Part shown: positions 27,591 to 32,000 of the stretch, in pieces
Layout: the number at the start of each line of letters is the position of its first letter
Position numbering within the stretch: position 1 is the stretch's first letter
Source: Pseudomonas aeruginosa
GTDB lineage: Bacteria; Pseudomonadota; Gammaproteobacteria; Pseudomonadales; Pseudomonadaceae
Length of the DNA stretch: 32,000 nt
Reading direction: 5' to 3'
Assembly: GCF_001457615.1 (NCBI RefSeq)
Contig: NZ_LN831024.1
Coordinates: 5,040,001-5,072,000 of the forward strand
The notes under the pieces: model-generated
The model's input: only the letters and a program-made list of their open reading frames with translations
Databases searched by the model: none
What the model was told of the DNA's origin: nothing
Made by a program: the position numbers and the translations under genes

Positions 27591-27657
27591 TAGCTTCGCG
27601 CAAGACAGCTCACGAGGCTGTCCCTCGCAGACAATCAAAATAACCAGAGGTCACTCC

Positions 27658-29271
27658 ATGCGTAGAAACGCCGTCATCCGCTCCGCGATCATGCCCTCGC
27701 TGCTCGGCGCAGCGCTGGTCGCCGCCGTTCCCCAGGCCTTCGCCAGCAACCTGATCTTCTGCTCGGAAGGCAGCCCGGCCGGCTTCGATCCCGCCCAGTA
27801 CACCACCGGTACCGATTTCGACGCCGCGGCGGAAACCGTCTTCAACCGCCTGACCCAGTTCGAGCGCGGCGGCACCAAGGTCCTTCCCGGCCTCGCGGAA
27901 AGCTGGGACGTCAGCGACGACGGCAAGACCTATACCTTCCACCTGCGCAAGGGCGTGAAGTTCCACAGCACCGACTACTTCAAGCCGACCCGCGAATTCA
28001 ATGCCGACGACGTGCTGTTCACCTTCGAACGCATGCTCGACAAGGATCATCCGTTCCGCAAGGCCTACCCCACCGAGTTTCCCTACTTCACCGACATGGG
28101 CCTGGACAAGAACATCGCCAGGGTCGAGAAGCTCGACGAGCATACGGTGAAGTTCACCCTCAACGAGGTCGACGCGGCCTTCATCCAGAACCTGGCGATG
28201 CCCTTCCCATCGATCCAGTCCGCCGAATACGCCGCGCAACTGCTCAAGCAGGGCAAGGCCAGCGACATCAACCAGAAGCCGATCGGCACCGGCCCGTTCG
28301 TGTTCAGCCGCTACCAGAAGGATGCGCAGATCCGCTTCAAGGGCAACAAGGACTACTGGAAGCCGGACGAGGTGAAGGTCGACAACCTGATCTTCGCCAT
28401 CAACACCGACGCCTCGGTGCGCGCGCAGAAGCTCAAGGCCGGCGAGTGCCAGATCACCCTCAACCCGCGCCCCGCCGACCTCGACGCGCTGAAGAAGGAC
28501 CCGAACCTGAACCTGCCGTCGCAGGCCGGCTTCAACCTCGGCTACATCGCCTACAACGTCACCCACAAGCCGTTCGACAAGCTGGAAGTACGCCAGGCGC
28601 TGGACATGGCGGTGAACAAGAAGGCCATCATCGACGCCGTCTACCAGGGCGCCGGCCAGTTGGCGAGCAACGGCATGCCACCGACCCAGTGGTCCTACGA
28701 CGAGACCATCAAGGACGCGCCCTACGATCCGGCCAAGGCCAGGGAGCTGCTGAAGAAGGCCGGCGTCGCCGAGGGCACCGAGATCACCCTGTGGGCCATG
28801 CCGGTACAACGCCCCTACAACCCCAACGCCAAGCTGATGGCGGAAATGCTGCAGAACGATTGGGCGAAGATCGGTATCAAGGCGAAGATCGTCACCTACG
28901 AATGGGGCGAATACATCAAGCGCGCCAAGGGCGGCGAGCATGACGCCATGCTGATCGGCTGGAGCGGCGACAACGGCGACCCGGACAACTGGCTCGGCAC
29001 CCTCTACGGCTGCGACGCGGTGGACGGCAACAACTTCTCCAAATGGTGCGACGTCGGCTACGACAAGCTGGTCAAGGATGCCAAGCGCACCACCGACCAG
29101 GGCAAGCGCACCGAGCTGTACAAGCAGGCCCAGCACATCCTCAAGGAACAGGTGCCGATCACCCCGATCGCCCACTCCACCGTGTACCAGCCGATGCGCA
29201 AGACGGTACACGACTTCAGGATCAGTCCCTTCGGCCTGAACTCGTTCTACGAGGTCAGCGTCGGCAAGTAG
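27658..29271 (+). CDS. dppA1: Dipeptide ABC-transporter substrate-binding protein (family 5 SBP)
   Basis: The ATG at 27658 (AGAGG upstream) gives the signal peptide [29 protein letters not shown]|S and 537 aa. Contains the family-5 signature region ...[37 protein letters not shown]. The track start at 27496 is a 54-codon artefactual extension. Confidence 0.9.
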   Translation: MRRNAVIRSAIMPSLLGAALVAAVPQAFASNLIFCSEGSPAGFDPAQYTTGTDFDAAAETVFNRLTQFERGGTKVLPGLAESWDVSDDGKTYTFHLRKGVKFHSTDYFKPTREFNADDVLFTFERMLDKDHPFRKAYPTEFPYFTDMGLDKNIARVEKLDEHTVKFTLNEVDAAFIQNLAMPFPSIQSAEYAAQLLKQGKASDINQKPIGTGPFVFSRYQKDAQIRFKGNKDYWKPDEVKVDNLIFAINTDASVRAQKLKAGECQITLNPRPADLDALKKDPNLNLPSQAGFNLGYIAYNVTHKPFDKLEVRQALDMAVNKKAIIDAVYQGAGQLASNGMPPTQWSYDETIKDAPYDPAKARELLKKAGVAEGTEITLWAMPVQRPYNPNAKLMAEMLQNDWAKIGIKAKIVTYEWGEYIKRAKGGEHDAMLIGWSGDNGDPDNWLGTLYGCDAVDGNNFSKWCDVGYDKLVKDAKRTTDQGKRTELYKQAQHILKEQVPITPIAHSTVYQPMRKTVHDFRISPFGLNSFYEVSVGK

Positions 29272-29286
29272 CTTCGCCTGCCAGCC

Positions 29287-29342
29287 GCGCCGCCCCGCCA
29301 CGAGCGAGGCGGCGCCTCTCCCCGGGGCGGCCGACCCGGCCG
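29287..29342 (+). other. GC-rich hairpins in the dppA1-dppA2 spacer (possible weak attenuator)
   Basis: GCGCCGCC...GGCGGCGC forms an 8-bp stem plus an inner 3 bp (29287-29315). Nearby are CCCCGGGG (29320-29327) and CGGCCG-ACC-CGGCCG (29328-29342). No U-tract. Confidence 0.3.
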
Positions 29343-29364
29343 TCCCACTCCAGAGGAGTCATCC

Positions 29365-30963
29365 ATGCGACCACGCTCTGCCCTGCGCTACAGCCTGCTG
29401 CTGCTCGCCCTCGCCGCCAGCGCCGCCATCCAGGCCCAGCCGAAGACCCTGGCGGTGTGCACCGAAGCGGCGCCGGAAGGGTTCGATCCGGCCCGCTATA
29501 CCTCCGGCTACACCTTCGACGCCTCAGCCCATCCGCTGTACAACGCGCTGGCCGCGTTCGCTCCGGGCAGCGCCACGGTGATCCCGGCCCTGGCGGAAAG
29601 CTGGGACGTCTCCGCTGACGGCCTCGTCTACACCTTCCGCCTGCGCCAAGGCGTGAAATTCCACAGCACCGACTACTTCAAGCCAACCCGCGAATTCGAC
29701 GCCGACGACGTGCTGTTCAGCTTCCAGCGCATGCTCGATCCGCAGCACCCCGCCCACGACCTTTCGCCCAGCGGCTACCCCTACGCCGACGCCATGCAAC
29801 TGCGCGACATCATCGAGCGCATCGAGAAGATCGACGAACATCAGGTGCGCTTCGTCCTCAAGCACCCGGAGGCGCCGTTCCTCGCCGACCTGGCCATGCC
29901 GTTCGGCTCGATCCTCTCCGCCGAATATGCCGGCCAACTGATCGCCAGGGGCAAGGGCGACGAACTCAACAGCAAGCCGATCGGCACCGGCCCGTTCGTC
30001 TTCACCCGCTACCGCAAGGATGCCCAGGTGCGCTACGCAGCCAACCCCGACTACTGGAAGGGCAAGCCGGCCATCGACCACCTGGTGCTGGCGATCACCC
30101 TCGACCCCAACGTGCGCGTGCAGCGCCTGCGCCGCAACGAATGCCAGATCGCCCTGACGCCCAAGCCCGAAGACGTCGCCGCGTTACGCCAGGACCCGCA
30201 ACTGACGGTGCTGGAAGAAGCGGCGATGATCACCTCACACGCCGCGATCAACACCCGGCACGAACCGTTCGACGACCCGCGCGTGCGCCGGGCGATCGCC
30301 ATGGGCTTCAACAAGTCGTCCTACCTGAAGATCGTCTTCGGCGACCAGGCCCGCCCGGCCATCGGCCCCTACCCGCCGATGCTGCTCGGCTACGACGACA
30401 GCATCCGCGACTGGCCCTACGACCCCGAACGGGCCAAGGCCCTGCTGAAGGAAGCCGGCGTCACCCCGGACACACCCCTGAACCTCTACATCAGCACCGG
30501 CAGCGGCCCCGGCGGCAACCCGGCGCGAGTGGCGCAACTGATCCAGTCCGACCTGGCCGCCATCGGCATCCGGGTGAACATCCGCCAGTTCGAGTGGGGC
30601 GAGATGGTCAAGCGTACCAAGGCCGGCGAACACGACATGATGCTCTACAGCTGGATCGGCGATAACGGCGACCCGGACAACTTCCTCACCCACAACCTCG
30701 GCTGCGCCTCGGTGGAGTCCGGGGAAAATCGCGCGCGCTGGTGCGACAAGGGCTTCGACGAAGCCATCCGCAAGGCGCGCATGAGCAACGACGAGAGCCA
30801 ACGGGTAGCGTTGTACAAGGAAGCGCAGCGGATCTTCCACGAGCAGATGCCCTGGTTGCCGCTGGCGCATCCGTTGATGTTCGACGCGCAACGCAAGAAC
30901 GTCAGCGGCTACCGCATGAGCCCGATGTCGGCGCGGGACTTTTCGCGGGTGAAGCTGGACTGA
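29365..30963 (+). CDS. dppA2: Dipeptide ABC-transporter substrate-binding protein, tandem paralogue
   Basis: GAGGAG lies 7 nt upstream. Signal peptide [24 protein letters not shown]|QP. 532 aa, colinear with DppA1 (...[37 protein letters not shown]...). Confidence 0.9.
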
Positions 30964-30970
30964 TCGCTGC

Positions 30971-31013
30971 GCCGCACGCGGGAAGCCCTGGCCCTTGCCT
31001 TCCCGCGTGCGGC
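30971..31013. terminator. Bidirectional terminator hairpin between convergent dppA2 and mdpA
   Basis: GCCGCACGCGGGAAG-N13-CTTCCCGCGTGCGGC forms a perfect 15-bp stem. GTTATCGTT follows on the plus strand. It lies 8 nt after the dppA2 stop and 18 nt after the mdpA stop. Confidence 0.7.
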
Positions 31014-31030
31014 GTTATCGTTCGGCCGGC

Positions 31031-32000
31031 TCAGCCGCCGAGGCCGAAGGGATCGTCGATGGACGGACTCGGTTGGGTGAACCAGCGTGGTCCTTCCTCC
31101 GTCATGTAGAAGTGATCCTCCAGGCGAATGCCGAACTCGCCGGGCACGCAGATCATCGGTTCGTTGCTGAAGCACATGCCGACATCCAGCGGCGTGCGAT
31201 CGCCACGCACCAGGTACGGGCCTTCGTGGACATCCATGCCGATGCCATGCCCGGTGCGGTGCGGCAGGCCAGGCAGGCGGTAGTCCGGCCCCAGGCCGTT
31301 GGCCTCCAGCGAACGCCGCGCGGCGGCGTCCACCGCCTCGCAGGGCTGGCCCAGACGCGCGGCCTCGAAGGCCGCCAGTTGGGCGTCGCGCTCCATCCCC
31401 CAGAATTCGCGCTGGCGTGCGCTGGGCGTGCCGAACACATAGCTGCGGGTGATATCCGACTGGTAGCCGTGCACCTGGCAGCCGGTATCGATCAGCACCA
31501 TGTCGCCATCCTTCAGCACCTGCGCATGCTTCACCCCATGCGGGAAGGCACTGGCGGCACCGAACAGGACGATGCAGAAGGTCGAACCGGGCGCGCCCAC
31601 CTTGCGGTGCGCCTGGTGGATGAACTCGGCGACTTCGGTGGTGCTGATGCCTTCGCGGAGAATGCTCGCCGCGGCCTTCTGCACTTCCAGGGTCATGTCC
31701 TTGGCCCGCTGCATCAGCGCCAGCTCCTCGGCCGACTTGCGCATCCGTCCCTGGTCGATCAGCGGCGCGGCGCTGACGAAGTTCCTGCCCGGCGCCTGTT
31801 GGCGCAAGCGCTCGAACATGCCGAACGGCAGGCTCGGACACAGTGCGACCGTGCTGCGCTCGCCCACGCCGAGCGCCTCCAGGCGATCGAGCAGCAGGCG
31901 ATAGGGATCCTGGTGTTCCTCCCAGGTGTGGATGGCGCCATCGACCACCTGGAAGTCGCGCACCGTACCTTCCTCGAAGGCCGGCGCAAGGTATTCGAGG
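31031..32000 (-). CDS. mdpA: M24-family metallo-dipeptidase (Xaa-Pro dipeptidase-like), 3' part; the gene continues past the right edge
   Basis: The frame stays open to position 32000 (...LEYLAPAFEEGTVRDFQVVDG...), so the GTG at 31963 is not the start. Pita-bread metal-ligand blocks are present: MVLIDTGCQVHGYQSDITR, HRTGHGIGMDVHE, FSNEPM, IRLEDH. Confidence 0.88.
   Translation of the reverse strand, partial: LEYLAPAFEEGTVRDFQVVDGAIHTWEEHQDPYRLLLDRLEALGVGERSTVALCPSLPFGMFERLRQQAPGRNFVSAAPLIDQGRMRKSAEELALMQRAKDMTLEVQKAAASILREGISTTEVAEFIHQAHRKVGAPGSTFCIVLFGAASAFPHGVKHAQVLKDGDMVLIDTGCQVHGYQSDITRSYVFGTPSARQREFWGMERDAQLAAFEAARLGQPCEAVDAAARRSLEANGLGPDYRLPGLPHRTGHGIGMDVHEGPYLVRGDRTPLDVGMCFSNEPMICVPGEFGIRLEDHFYMTEEGPRWFTQPSPSIDDPFGLGG

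Noticed and set aside
26656-27603. ORFs 26688-27593 (+, 301 aa) and 26656-27603 (-, 315 aa) overlapping the SIMPL gene
   Set aside because: The 26695-27405 frame has an AAGGAG RBS, a signal peptide, ordinary amino-acid composition and a terminator right after its stop. The competing frames read through that terminator and are Arg/Gly-rich.
27630-27657. A-rich stretch ACAAUCAAAAUAACCAGAGG at the dppA1 RBS as a Crc/Hfq catabolite-repression (AAnAAnAA) motif
   Set aside because: No register gives an exact AAnAAnAA or a clean run of ARN triplets. It is suggestive for a peptide-uptake gene but not supportable from sequence alone.
27610-29301. 563-aa minus-strand ORF, with similar ones at 29524-30081, 30235-30891 and 30909-31841
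   Set aside because: They are antisense or alternate-frame to dppA1, dppA2 and mdpA, which have clear family signatures on the called strands.

Overview
High-GC (roughly 65-67%) core-chromosome segment. From the translated ORFs and synteny I recognise the gene order as Pseudomonas aeruginosa, equivalent to PAO1 PA4474-PA4498; no database search was possible. Left to right: the tldD 5' end, a frameshifted C-N hydrolase, yhdP (AsmA-like envelope protein), rng, maf and mreDCB, all on the minus strand. Then come divergent gatCAB, a small RlpA-like lipoprotein and a CMD-family gene. Next is the six-gene minus-strand magABCDEF operon (bacterial alpha-2-macroglobulin complex, 14130-24401, about 10.3 kb), followed by the redox two-component system roxSR, a SIMPL/DUF541 exported protein, two tandem dipeptide-binding proteins (dppA1, dppA2) and the 3' two-thirds of the M24 dipeptidase mdpA. 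I saw no tRNA, rRNA, CRISPR, IS, integrase or phage genes, and composition is uniform, so this is not an island. The most system-like and least understood locus is the mag operon. It encodes a thioester-less A2M-like giant protein with five exported or membrane partners, and two of those partners carry peptidoglycan-enzyme-like motifs in the sequence. Other items worth a second look: a 1-nt frameshift splitting the C-N hydrolase; an mreC N-terminus that is only encoded if translation starts at a non-canonical AUC with a well-placed Shine-Dalgarno; GGA (RsmA-type) motifs over the magA and magB ribosome-binding sites; a sigma-54-like -24/-12 element upstream of dppA1; and a 92%-identical tract shared by dppA1 and dppA2. 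Many long ORFs in the supplied track are antisense or alternate-frame artefacts of the high GC content.
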